Assembly (NCBI GenBank): GCA_043228905.1
Contig: JBHGNT010000012.1
Coordinates: 20,708,001-20,772,000 of the forward strand
DNA from: Azolla caroliniana
Lineage: Eukaryota > Plantae > Polypodiophyta
Direction: 5' to 3'
DNA length: 64,000 bases
The notes under the pieces: generated by a model
The model's database searches: none
Seen by the model: the letters and a program-made list of their open reading frames with translations, nothing else
Told to the model about the DNA's origin: nothing
In this document: piece after piece, positions 12,793-24,168 of the stretch
Position numbering within the stretch: position 1 is the first letter of the stretch
How the letters are laid out: every line of letters starts with the position of its first letter
Program-made: the position numbers and the translations under genes

Positions 12793-15210
12793 TTACCGAA
12801 GGTCGATGTTATAAGGGCTAGATTGGTTTCTAGTTGAGCTTAAAGGGATCCTATCAAGGTGTAGCCTGAAGGAAGCTGAAGTTGAATGAACTGACATGAT
12901 ACCCGGATCATTATTCTCCTCGAGTGCTTCTTTTTCTTCCTTCTCTTTCTGTTGATTGTAGAGGTAAGTCGCCAAAGAAGGTGACCACATGTCACCATTA
13001 TTATAAACTTCATTGCATCTACCTTTCTTAAAGCTCACTTTCCGTACAACAATGTTCTTAAGTTTCACCAATTGGGTTGAGCTTAACATGTAATGGACCT
13101 TACAACCATCCTTTTTCATTTCATGGTTTGGCCCTAAGTCAAGGATCCATGGAGAGTTCATTGTACTGTGAACCTCGATGTCACTAAAACTAGTAGCACT
13201 AGTTCTCTTAGTTGTCATTTTAGGTGGTGTTGGTGTTGGTGTTGGTGATGGGGCCATGTGGGTAATTTTGGGAGAAGTTAGTTTGATCATTTTACCAAAT
13301 TTGTTCCTTATTCTAACCATGGACAATATGCTCAACAATACCTTCTTCCTTGGAGACATCTCATCATTATCGTCATCATCATCATGTGTAACATTGTATG
13401 ATTTACAAGGAGAGGATGTTATGATAAATGAAGGCTTGGTTTGACAAGAAAAGTCACTAGAGATTGACATGTTTGTTGCATGTCCATGTCCATGACTATC
13501 ATCATGACCTTGACTATCACCATGACCATGACCATGACTATCACTATTTCCATGGATATAACCATGAGATCCACCATGATCATCACCGTGTCCATGAACT
13601 TGAGAACCACCATGACTAGAACCATGTCCATCACAATGATCAGGATCACTACTATTGTCCCTATGTTCAAGGACATGGCCATCATCATCACTATCCTCTT
13701 GCTCTGTTCCCCTTCTGCCATGGGGGACACCACTAAGGGAAACATGGTCCATACCATCCATGGAAGGTGGTTGCATTCTTTTGGGAGAAGAAGGCTGGCT
13801 CTCATCAAACTTGATGCTACATTTCCATACATCAGGTGAGCAAGAAGGCTCACTATATTGTGTAGAAACAGGGGAAAATATAGCTTCTTCTTTCCCATGG
13901 AGATTGATGCTATTTAGCCATGCATCTACCCTCTCTACATTTAGCTTCTCCTCTGCCAATGCAATTGGGCTGATCTTTGGCTTCATGACCTTCAAACCCA
14001 CTAAAGTAGGCCCTGTTTTCTCAAAGAAAAACCTTTTGTTTGAAGTAGAATTCATGTCATGAAGAGTCTGTTTTTGAGCAGTATGAACTTTCTTCTCTTG
14101 ACTGTGGCTATGGTGGTGGTGGTGGTGGAGGAGGAAGTGGCTACTCCTAGCACTGTTGAATAAAGTTTTACATAGTTTTATGAGTTTGTGATGTGTTTGA
14201 ATACATGTGAGCTCACCGTGATGGATAAACGCGTGGCGTCGCCCCGTGGGTGCATGTGTTTGCCTCTCGAGGATGTCATTATCGACACTACTAACGTCAT
14301 CATCGGCATCGGCACTGGGAGCAACATCCTTGTTGATGATATTGTCCGCAATATCGGATTTCTTGGTCTTCGTTGTCATGGTCGCCCGCCCATTGAGACT
14401 TCTGCTCTGTTGGAAGAATTTCTTGGGGACACCCCAAGTGTTGCTAGTTGTGGTCGCAATTGTATTGGTAGTCAAGGGGGCCTTGGGATAAGTAGAGCGC
14501 GATGACATTGACTTGCATAGCCTCAGAAGTTTGTGTTTCTTGGGTAGTTTCCAAGAGAGACAACTACGTTGCATCATCACTAGGGATGATGAGGAAGAGG
14601 AAAAGTTGCCCCCTAGTCGTCGTTGATCTTGTCGACAAGGTTCTCGTTTTGATGGAGCTAGTAACTTTGGTGGCAATTTTAATGAATGAGATGGTGTAGA
14701 AACTTCATTGTATAACTGGAGTTGCTTCCATGTGGAAATAGCCGATTTACCGGGTGACTCTTCCCAAACGAAAGGCACACACGAATTGCCCTCCATGTTG
14801 TTTTCACCAACGTCCATAGGGGACTTGCTATTAGGAATCATAGTTATATTAGGGGAAGTTGAGTGTGAGCGTGAAATTGAGGGAGAATGTGTTAGGGAAT
14901 GTGTTGGGGATACATATTGAGGTCTATTATCTGAGCTCCATGATGAAATAGAACTTGTTACACTTGTTGAACTAAAGAAATGAGGTGGAGAGAGTAGTAT
15001 GGTATCAGAGCTCATCTCTAGGTTTGAAGCTCGAAGAGAGTTCTCGTCACCGGACAAGCTCTCTAACTCCAAACCTCCAAGAGAATTATCATTGTCATAA
15101 GGAGATACCTTATGCTTGAAGCTCTTAGGGGGTTCTTCCCAAGGAGTTGGTACCTTATGCTTGAAACGCATAGAGATTTCTCCCCAAGGGATTGATCTCC
15201 CTCCTTCCAT
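12793..15210 (-). CDS. Intronless 805-aa plant low-complexity protein with DUF688-like VPF.WEE.PG motifs and a His/Gly/Asp-rich tract
   Basis: Uninterrupted 2.4-kb ORF in AT-rich DNA. Motifs KVPTPWEE, CVPFVWEESPGK, LKLPP and a C-terminal WSPSLATY; Ser-rich N-terminus, poly-His and HGHG repeats. A TATA-like TATATATAAA lies on the minus strand at about 15255-15264. Confidence 0.8.
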   Translation of the reverse strand: MEGGRSIPWGEISMRFKHKVPTPWEEPPKSFKHKVSPYDNDNSLGGLELESLSGDENSLRASNLEMSSDTILLSPPHFFSSTSVTSSISSWSSDNRPQYVSPTHSLTHSPSISRSHSTSPNITMIPNSKSPMDVGENNMEGNSCVPFVWEESPGKSAISTWKQLQLYNEVSTPSHSLKLPPKLLAPSKREPCRQDQRRLGGNFSSSSSSLVMMQRSCLSWKLPKKHKLLRLCKSMSSRSTYPKAPLTTNTIATTTSNTWGVPKKFFQQSRSLNGRATMTTKTKKSDIADNIINKDVAPSADADDDVSSVDNDILERQTHAPTGRRHAFIHHGELTCIQTHHKLIKLCKTLFNSARSSHFLLHHHHHHSHSQEKKVHTAQKQTLHDMNSTSNKRFFFEKTGPTLVGLKVMKPKISPIALAEEKLNVERVDAWLNSINLHGKEEAIFSPVSTQYSEPSCSPDVWKCSIKFDESQPSSPKRMQPPSMDGMDHVSLSGVPHGRRGTEQEDSDDDGHVLEHRDNSSDPDHCDGHGSSHGGSQVHGHGDDHGGSHGYIHGNSDSHGHGHGDSQGHDDSHGHGHATNMSISSDFSCQTKPSFIITSSPCKSYNVTHDDDDDNDEMSPRKKVLLSILSMVRIRNKFGKMIKLTSPKITHMAPSPTPTPTPPKMTTKRTSATSFSDIEVHSTMNSPWILDLGPNHEMKKDGCKVHYMLSSTQLVKLKNIVVRKVSFKKGRCNEVYNNGDMWSPSLATYLYNQQKEKEEKEALEENNDPGIMSVHSTSASFRLHLDRIPLSSTRNQSSPYNIDLR

Positions 15211-18200
15211 AATTGATAAAGCTTAAGGGATTGTTCTCTCTCTCCCCTACTTGATTTATATATAAGTGGTTTTTCTTTCCACATATCTATGCAATCTTCT
15301 AGTATTTTAGAACATTATTCTATAAAAAATTTGTTATTGGAAAGATGGCATCCTCATGTCTCAAGATTCCGTTTTAATCATTAACTTTTGCATGCTTTTA
15401 TCCCCACTCGCTAGCGCTTCATGTAGTATGAAAACGAAACGAAGGAGAAGAAGCCCAAGATTGTGAATTGGACTCTTAAAACGTATGGTGTACTAGCTAT
15501 CATGGACAAAGTTTCATGTTGAGATGGTCTTCAATATGGCTCGATATCTTAATTAGAGTTTATCAATAACTTTTAATCCGTTAATTTTTAATGCTAGTTT
15601 TTCCAACTTTTACTCATGTTAAAGAATTCATAACCCTTTCTCCTCGGGTGCATGTGCATTATTTATCACAAAAGAAGTTCTTTAATTGTAGAAATAAGAC
15701 GATGGCAAGGTTATGCATGGTACTGACATTGCAAGGTCGCCGATTTGACTACGAGTACCCTTCTTGTCTCTCTTTCTTGTGGTTGTTAATTGATGGTTTG
15801 CATGTAGCATCAATAGCCATAAGACAAATGAGATAATGATCCTCGATGTGGGCTTAGCTAAGCCTCATGCTTCGTATATTCTTCCCTTGTAGAGGTTAGA
15901 TCACTCTCTCTATATCTATCTCTCTCTTACAGTTAGGGACAATGAATTTTTGCACATTAAATTCAAATGTGTAAATGACGGATCATCGAGATATGGAAAG
16001 GCAAACCCATTACATTTTACTATGACATAAATTTCTGATGAGGAATCTAATTTTTAAAACAAAATGACACACTTATATGCTTTTTAAATTATTTAAAGGA
16101 GAAAAGTTGATGTGTGTGTGCACTATGTGTGTTTGTGTGTGCGTTGTTCATTGATCCCATCCTTCTAAATGGGTTCAATCCATAGCTTTTGATTGTGTAT
16201 GAAAGGTCATAAATGAAATTTCTTTGTAAATGAGATTATGAGATAGTGGCAATGATAATGACTTGAGAACTCCAAATGGTATGTCAATCCTTCTACACTT
16301 ATGATACCATTGACATTAGTTTCTTGCTTAACAAATTGTTGAACACAAAATATAAATACGTGATGAAGTCTTTGATTCAACAAATCCTATAGTTTAGTCA
16401 AGAGTATGTTTTAGACGTCACATTTACACATATGAGGTTCTTTTAATTTATGAATTGTAAAATAACACTATTACAAAATATTTTAAGTGACACATCATGA
16501 TCAAGGGACGTGCATCTATGATGAAATTTAGGCATAGTAATGAAACTTTTTCATCATCTTTGCAAGTTAGAGCCGACCACTTAGTTTGTGAGTTAGTGTC
16601 CTAACTTTGTATATACCTTGTTTCTTGCATTGTGTGTACGCATTTTTTGCTAGTTAAAATGGCACATTCATGTGGGCATAAGTTTAATGTGCAAAATGTT
16701 TTTCCAGCATTGCCTTCAATAGCACTTCTTCTTTGCATTATGAAAAAAAAGATAATGTAATGAATGCTTTGGTATTGTGAAGAAAGAGACAATCTCAAAG
16801 TTGTAAAGCCATGGTTTGTTGCTCTTGAAAAGCCATTCTTGTAGGAGTTGCACAACACTCAAGCTCAGAACCTCGAAGTTCCTAACCACAAGCTTTTCTC
16901 ATACATGCCAATCACGTTTATATATCCAAGACTTAGACAAGATGCCAAAGGCAAATTATAATTTATAAAGGCAAATCTTTCACATTGTGCTTTGGCACAT
17001 AATCTCTTGTCAACATAATCATCATAATTGTCGGATGTGCGAATCAAATCATACAAAATAAAATTTCCAATAACATTAGCTTGTGTTTGAGGATTTCCAC
17101 AAATTTTCAATCTCTACTTATCGTTCGTATTCCCTATGTATATGATCCATTCTTACTTTCACATTAAAGCAAAAAACAATTGAATAGGATTTAGGATTGT
17201 GGTAATTCTTGCTTCAAACTTGGCATCTTCATTCCTCTTCAACAATAAACAAACATAGATTTATCAAGTCATGCATACCCATGAATCTTATAATAACCTT
17301 TAAACTCGGAGCTTTTAGATGGCTATATCTCATTAGGTCTAGTATAAATAATGCATCTAATAAAGCTATAAGTCTCTCAGTCTTCCCAAAGTCAATTGTG
17401 ACTACATTATAATTTACAACTAAAGTAAGATTCTCATGTTCCAATTCTCATATTGTAAATTGTAATCCCCTTTCTAAATAGTGTAGTAAATTATCTATCA
17501 AGGTCCCCACAAAAGTATGCATCAATACAAATCTTATATCAAGATATCAAATGTTTCAATCCATTTTTAATAATAACGCTTATAATCTACATTTATATTT
17601 GTCATTGAGTTTTCATAAATCTTCCAATTTACCTTACTCAGCTCATAACCTTAAGACAACATGGATTTATATATGCATTTTGTGCAAACTGCAGGATTGG
17701 TTCCCAAATTTTGGCACTAGTGGCTATGTGGTTCTTTAGCAACATGTGAATTCACCCATTTTGTGTATTTATAGATAACTTGTGTTTTTTGTGTTTGGCT
17801 TTTAAATCATCACGTGTATGTGTGTGTGGTTTGTGCAATGCATATAGCTATACACATCCATACACTATGTATGTGTGTGTTTACATGCATGTATATCAGA
17901 GTTTTCTTTGTGTTTGCATCGTACAATTTTGTAAAGGCAACAAAATGGGCAACTAGCAACATATGGACAAGAATAAGTGCATTGATTAGCATAAGAAATA
18001 GAAGTATCTAATGTTTAGAAAGCATTAATGCATAACCTAGTAAGTTAAAATGGAAGAAACAACTTTTCTTATAATAGATTTTAACAACCTCTTTGGTTGA
18101 ACCTATAATTATCAAGTCTATTTCATTTTTCTTTATCGTTTTGCTTACCCTAGTTGAAGTGGGTAGGCTTTATTTTTGGGCTCAAACCCCATCAAGTTTC

Positions 18201-19001
18201 ATTATTTCCCAAGATAACCCTCGGTTATGCACAAGTTGAATTCACAACTTCTTTATTTGTGGTGAACAATTTGATTGCTTTTTAATGGAACTTTGTCATG
18301 TAGGTTGTAGCATTTAATTGTTGAATTATTAACATTTTGACCATTCGCTTTACCTTGTTAGTTACAAATTTTATGATTTGGCAAACAAACCTTGAAAGGG
18401 TGGTGTTTGTTAAATGTGAATCCTTCTTATGTGTTATGATGTGCATGTACTTGATACCGTATACGATACCTTATTTTTATAGTTTCAATGTAGATTGTAA
18501 TGTTTTGAGTTACCGTATGGTTGCTTACTATTAAAATGCTTAGTATTAAGCATTGTTTTAAAAAATAATGACTCTTTAGTTAGGTATGCACAAACAAGAT
18601 GCTTATTGGGTGCATATGTGTATTGACTTTTGTTGTGAGGCATTTTGTGGATGCATATGTGGCTTTGCATCATGCACTTGTATTTGTAATTGATGTTCAT
18701 TGTTGATTAGCATTGGTAGAAATAGTATGAACCATACGTGCATTCGCATTCGAGAATGTTTCAATCATTCGAGTACATATGGTAAACACCCTCAAAGTAT
18801 GGTAAATACCATACTTTTGTATTCATTATTTATTATAAGTTTTTTTTAAGGTAAAAAGTGTAAAAAAAACATAACAATGTTTTGATAACATATGCATTTG
18901 TTTACATTCGTATGAAAAATAATGTTTGCCAATGCATTCGAGTATATTACATACTATGATTGGTATATTAAGGTTTGAAGAAAATGTGGTTTCATTATCT
19001 T

Positions 19002-20177
19002 CTTTTTTTTCTTTTTCTTTTTTCCAAAAAAATACTGCGTCGCATTAGTTAGCAAACAAAATTACATCATAGAACTCTCAAAATTCCTCTCAACAGCCCT
19101 CACTCTGGCCTTCCCACCAAAGCGGACATAGTCCCCACCTCATTTTCAACAAACGTATCCAAACAACTCCAATAACCTAGTTATTTGTACCATAACTATA
19201 CAAATTTACAGCACCTAGACGTTGTTGGAAAATATTGGGGGAAACAACCATCGGGTTGCTTGGTAGTGCCATTGAGGCCTTGATGATGATCTGCCAACCA
19301 TAGGAGAATTACCCCATTTCAGCAAGAACTTTGATCGAGATCTTTCGGCTGCATCAGATTCCCCCTTAATCGAGTCGTATCGTCCCCACAGCCAAGAGAC
19401 CAACTCAAACCAGATATTTATTAATACCTCACCACTAGGGATCTTTTGTTGTTGAAAAACAAACTTACAACAGTTGGTCCAAATGTGCCAGACCGATAAA
19501 CAAGCCACCATCCTCCATATCTCTTCAAAAAGTTCTAAGTTAGTGCCAGGTCGAACTCCAGCCCGTTGAAACACCTTGCACTATAAATCCATGTCCGTGA
19601 GGGTTTAACTGTTCAGCCCAACCTTCCCCTGATAACTTCAGCCCCTGTACGGACCCCCATACAACTCTCCCATTCACGCCGCATGTTGCCACTATCCGGA
19701 GACTTCTACCCAAATGTTAATAGCCTCGTTACAATTCCAAAAACAATGAGGAATTGATTCCAAAGGGTGACCACAAATTTTGCATCCAGCCTCACCACTG
19801 CGACACCTAAGCCACTCCCCCACTGGTACAACTTTGTGACTAAGAAGCCACAACCAAAGCATTATTTTTTCTGGCATATCGAACGCCCATAGCCTCCTCC
19901 AAAACGACTTCAAACAGCCATCAGAAATGCCTTTATCCTTCCAGCTATTGCGAGTTAGGGCAACACCCATCGATTTAGATCTAATGATTTGCCTTCCTAG
20001 CTTGGTAGTGTACTCGAAAAACCGTTCAAGTTTGTCCGTTCCCGGTTTCTGCCACCACACCTCTAGTGGATCCCAATCCAGATCACATATGGGCTTGTTG
20101 TCAACTATCCAAAGCTTACAATCAGATTGCAGCTTCCCTGGGTCCGGGTTTACTTGCCACTTCTTACCTTCTAGCAT
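19002..20177 (-). mobile_element. 5'-truncated L1 copy (zf-RVT and C-terminal region, A-rich tail)
   Basis: FWRRLW..PEKIMLWLWLLSH..CKICGHPLESIPHCFWNC, then VWHIW..C..VF. T-tract at 19002-19023 is the tail. Candidate TSD TTATCTT at 18995-19001 and 20178-20184. Confidence 0.85.
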
Positions 20178-20660
20178 TTATCTTATTCGTACTAATGTGC
20201 TACTATCTTGTGAGGTTGATTGGACAAGTTATAATGAGAATATGCGTTTGTGTGTTAAATATTGAGTAGGACTATCGGGAGCTTGGACCAACCACGATGG
20301 CTTGTCGATGATGAGTTATGGGAGCTAGTAGATCAAATATTGACACTCATTTGGTCTTCTTTAAGTTGGGCACCTTATCTTGAATCATCACGACCTTTGT
20401 AAACATACACTATATGTGGGCACAATATGTTTCTACTTAATGATTGTGTATTCTACAATGTTTGATTGTGTTCTAAATGTTATGCGAGCATATATTGATT
20501 AGCAATGTTGAGAAATTGTTGCATTGATGGGGAGTGGGCCAATTTTCTGCTCCACTAATTCTTCTTTGTAAATAAGCAATTGGTCATGCCTTCATCCATC
20601 TACAAGCTTTGATCATTCTTGGAAATTGTCCCTTAGTGTGGTCAAGTCCACACGATATTT

Positions 20661-21835
20661 GAACAAGAGTGTATGAGTTTTGATGTACAAGATGATGGTA
20701 GTTAATCTTTACACATAAGGAAAATGATTTGTTTAGGTTTTGTTTGCATAAAGAAGTGAGGGTGATTGCAAATGATGGATCAAATTAGGTCTCAGACTTG
20801 AATCCTCAAAAGGTGAATTATTTTTGGAGGATTTGGATTATGGAAAGGAGATCAATATCTAGATTAACTTGGGATCCTGGAGAACTATATTGGAAGGTGC
20901 GGGTGCAAGATCACATCAAATACGTGCCTTTCTTTCAATATTCTGTGAAGATTGGTAGGAAAATATTAGGTTCTAGATCATGGAAAGAACCAACTGCAAA
21001 TTTTGTTTGGAGACGAAATGGACTTTCTCCACAACATCTCAAACAATTTTGGAAATGGTTATGGGGTATAAAGATGAGTAGGAAAATTGCTTGTTTTCGA
21101 TGGTTGTTGGATCATAATGTTATACCAAATAATGGGCGGTGAAAAGGAAATGTAAACAAGATGTGCCCTTTTTGTACATATGTAATAGAGACTGCTAAAC
21201 ATTGTTTGTGGAGTTGTGGTTTGCTCTGGACATACGGAAATGAATCATAAAATTATTAACTCCAATATATCTCTAGAGTAGTGTATACATGGGGTGCAAT
21301 ATTATGGGCGGTGGTACATGATAAACCTATGTATATGAACAAGAGGAGGTTGCAAATGCTATTGTGATGAGACATGGTTTGATAGAAAAAAAAATTGATC
21401 CCTCTGAATCCACAAATACAAACTGATAAACCTCAAATATGGCAATTGGTAAGTAGTATTACAATTTGGTATATTTGGAAGGCTCGATGTTTGAAGGCAT
21501 TTCAAAATGTGACTGAAAGACATGCCCAAAAAATTCGGGAATTTGGATAGAGATTGTGCATAATCTCAGAGGGTTGTTGGACAGTATAAAAAGTAATACG
21601 CATCAAGCGGAGCTTAAGTGTTTGTAGTTTCATGTCATTTGGGACATTAGTATATTTTATAGACGACTTTTTGATAAGGTGGAGTGGTTTTACTCAACAC
21701 CAAAGTATTTATTTAAGCCGATGGTTAGAATTTAGAAAAACATAGGGGATCGGTGGTATATCTTGTATGTTTAGCCTTATGCCATTTTCTAATACTAATG
21801 TAGTATCTTTTTTGGAAAAAAAGAAAAAAGAAAAA
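20661..21835 (+). mobile_element. Second 5'-truncated L1 copy of a diverged related family, opposite orientation
   Basis: LTWDPGELYW, FFQYSVKIGR, FWKWLW..KIACFRWLL.H, CPFC...ETAKHCLWSC, IWYIWKARC. A-rich tail at 21816-21837. A ~17-bp TSD: AAGTCCACACGATATTT (20644-20660) and AAGTCCATATGATATTT (21836-21852). Confidence 0.85.
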
Positions 21836-23009
21836 AAGTCCATATGATATTTTGTCTTATCGCATGAACATGTTCTCTACAATGCACGGGTTCCACCTAA
21901 ATACGAGTATCGCCCAATGAAAGGGCACAGGGATATTACGAATTCCAGAGATGTGTGTTCGAGTCTCACTAGTTGTTGAGTTTTAATGTGTGGTCCAAAT
22001 TTCTGATTTGCTAAAGCTTCAACTCATCTCTTGATGTTGCTTCCCTCCAACAAAGGTCACCTATGAATCCAACCTAGAATAATATCCTACAAACTTTTCA
22101 AGAATAAGTGACAAGGGGTATTGGTGTTATAATTTGAACTTAAATTACAATGGCCTTGGAAATGTGAAGCAAATTACCCAATTACAAAATTTGGGAATAT
22201 AAAATGAAGATACAAGGAGAATTAATGTTGTTTTAGATTCAGTGAAGGTACATCAAAATTGGCAAAATAACTTGACTTAATTGAATTACATAAACTGAAA
22301 AGCCCTTTTACATTGGGCGATGAGATTAAAAGAAAGAAGGGTGTAATGGGGATATCCTAGTGTTTTGGTGTGGTAAGTCTACAATTAACAATCATGTCAC
22401 CTTGGTTGTCGTTTGCCTCCCATGTGCCCTCATGATTCACTAGCACATGATCAAGTTTCTCATCAATGCGTGGGTATTCAAATTCCCAAAGTAAGCAACT
22501 TGACAATGAGCTCCCTCGCTCATTATATAGCTTTAGGAAGCTCTCGTGTATTAAGAGAATATTTTAGGATGTACCACTTATGCATGCACTTGTTCTTGTA
22601 CTCACATTGGCACCTAATGCCAACAAAATGTTCATTGACATTTTTGTATATATCACTCACTTCTTTGTTGTTGCTTATTGCATGATAACTCATCAGTTTC
22701 TTTTTATTGCAATTTGCCGCTAACACGTTTCTAACCCTTGACCCTATTGTTCTAATGCCAATTATTTCCACTTGAGCTATGCTTTATCCATTTGGCAATG
22801 GATCAATTGAATAGTTTAATTAGTGGTATCAAACCAAAGATTGATGATAAAAGATGGGCGCTTGTTTATATAATCTATCATTGTTAGTGTGTATTGAGTA
22901 TGTTAGTTGAAGCTTATATTAAGCATGACACAAGTGACAAGAGTAAGGAAATAAGGGGCATGCTCTTAATTTGAGTTTGGTCTTGAGCAATAGCTCTAAT
23001 ATTTACAAC

Positions 23010-23962
23010 TAGCAATGGGCCTGGTTTCGGCTCAAACCGAACCGAACCGTTAAACCGCAACTTAACGGTTTATTGGTTCAAAGATAAATAAACCGTTTGG
23101 TTTGGTTTCAAATGTTATGATCCGGTTTGGTTTGGTTTTGGTTTAGTGGTTTATCGGTTTTGGTTTAAAGGTTTAAAGTGTCACATCACAATGACGTCAA
23201 ATACGTAGTTAGTGAGAATTGAACTTGCAACCTCACATCTACAAGATGTCATGCTCAACCATTTTGATATGAGCATGCATTTGTATAATGCATTTTAGTA
23301 TTCTATAATCTAGCATATAATATATTTCAAAATCAGAATATTCTAGTCGTTAGTATATTCTAGAAATATTGTACGACAAATTCTAGATGAGTATATTCTA
23401 GAGATATTCAATCTCTGAGCATGTATAAATACTTGTAACCTCCTTGGTCCCTTTCAAGGGATACAACGCCAGTCATTGACACATCAATCTAGTATTCTCA
23501 TTTCGCCCCATCTTGTCTCCTTTATCTTCATCTTAGTAGCCCCATCATTCGTGCTCCGTCCTAGTTTGTGCTTGGTGTGTTCGTGAAATAAAGGTTTATA
23601 GGTTAAAAAATATTCTTAAATTTCATCTCTAGGATCTAACTTTCAACTTTTAATTTAAAACCTCTAGGCTCTAACTTATTAAAATTTATATGCATTATAA
23701 GTAGAGTCTCCTTTTGATGTATGATTATCAAATTTATGATAAGTGTGATAACCAACTTTATGATGATTTTCTCACACAAATTCATAATATGTATGATAAT
23801 CAATATCTCTAAAAAATTGTTTGGTTTGGTTTTAATATATGATAAACTGGTTTGGATTGGTTCTAAATTTTCCGTAAACGATTTGGTTTGGTTTTTATTA
23901 TAAATAAATGGTTTGGTTTGGTTTCAAGGCCAAGACACCGAACCGAACTAGGCCCGTTGCTA
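23010..23962. mobile_element. Non-autonomous hAT element (MITE) with AACCG/CGGTT subterminal repeats
   Basis: TIR TAGCAATGGGCCTGGTT / AACTAGGCCCGTTGCTA. Perfect 8-bp TSD TTTACAAC at 23002-23009 and 23963-23970. Confidence 0.9.
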
Positions 23963-24168
23963 TTTACAACCATAGATTGACACATACGTGATATTCATAA
24001 TATTCGAGAATATGAAATGGCCCTAAGGATATTATAAAACCATTCGTTTTGCAAAATAAATATAAATAATAATAATTAATTCATATTTTGAAAAAGAATT
24101 AAAAAAAAAAAAATTCACTAAGAAAAGAACAATCATTCATTAATAAATTATAAAAATATGATTAGTAT

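Noticed and set aside
13178-14920. Several overlapping ORFs (Met/Thr-rich, Val/Met-rich)
   Set aside because: Shadow frames produced by the His/Gly codon repeats of the real ORF.
15000-15011. Perfect tRNA-iMet PBS-like motif TGGTATCAGAGC
   Set aside because: It lies antisense inside the 805-aa ORF with no adjacent LTR end or retroelement sequence, so it is a chance match.
19002-21835. The two L1 fragments have nearly equal lengths (about 1.18 kb), suggesting a defined short element or an inverted duplication
   Set aside because: Their 3' UTR lengths and 5' breakpoints differ, each has its own TSD and the DNA is diverged, so the equal length is probably coincidence.
21905-21975. tRNA-like A/B boxes (GTTCGAGTC)
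   Set aside because: No cloverleaf; at most a decayed SINE head, not a tRNA gene.
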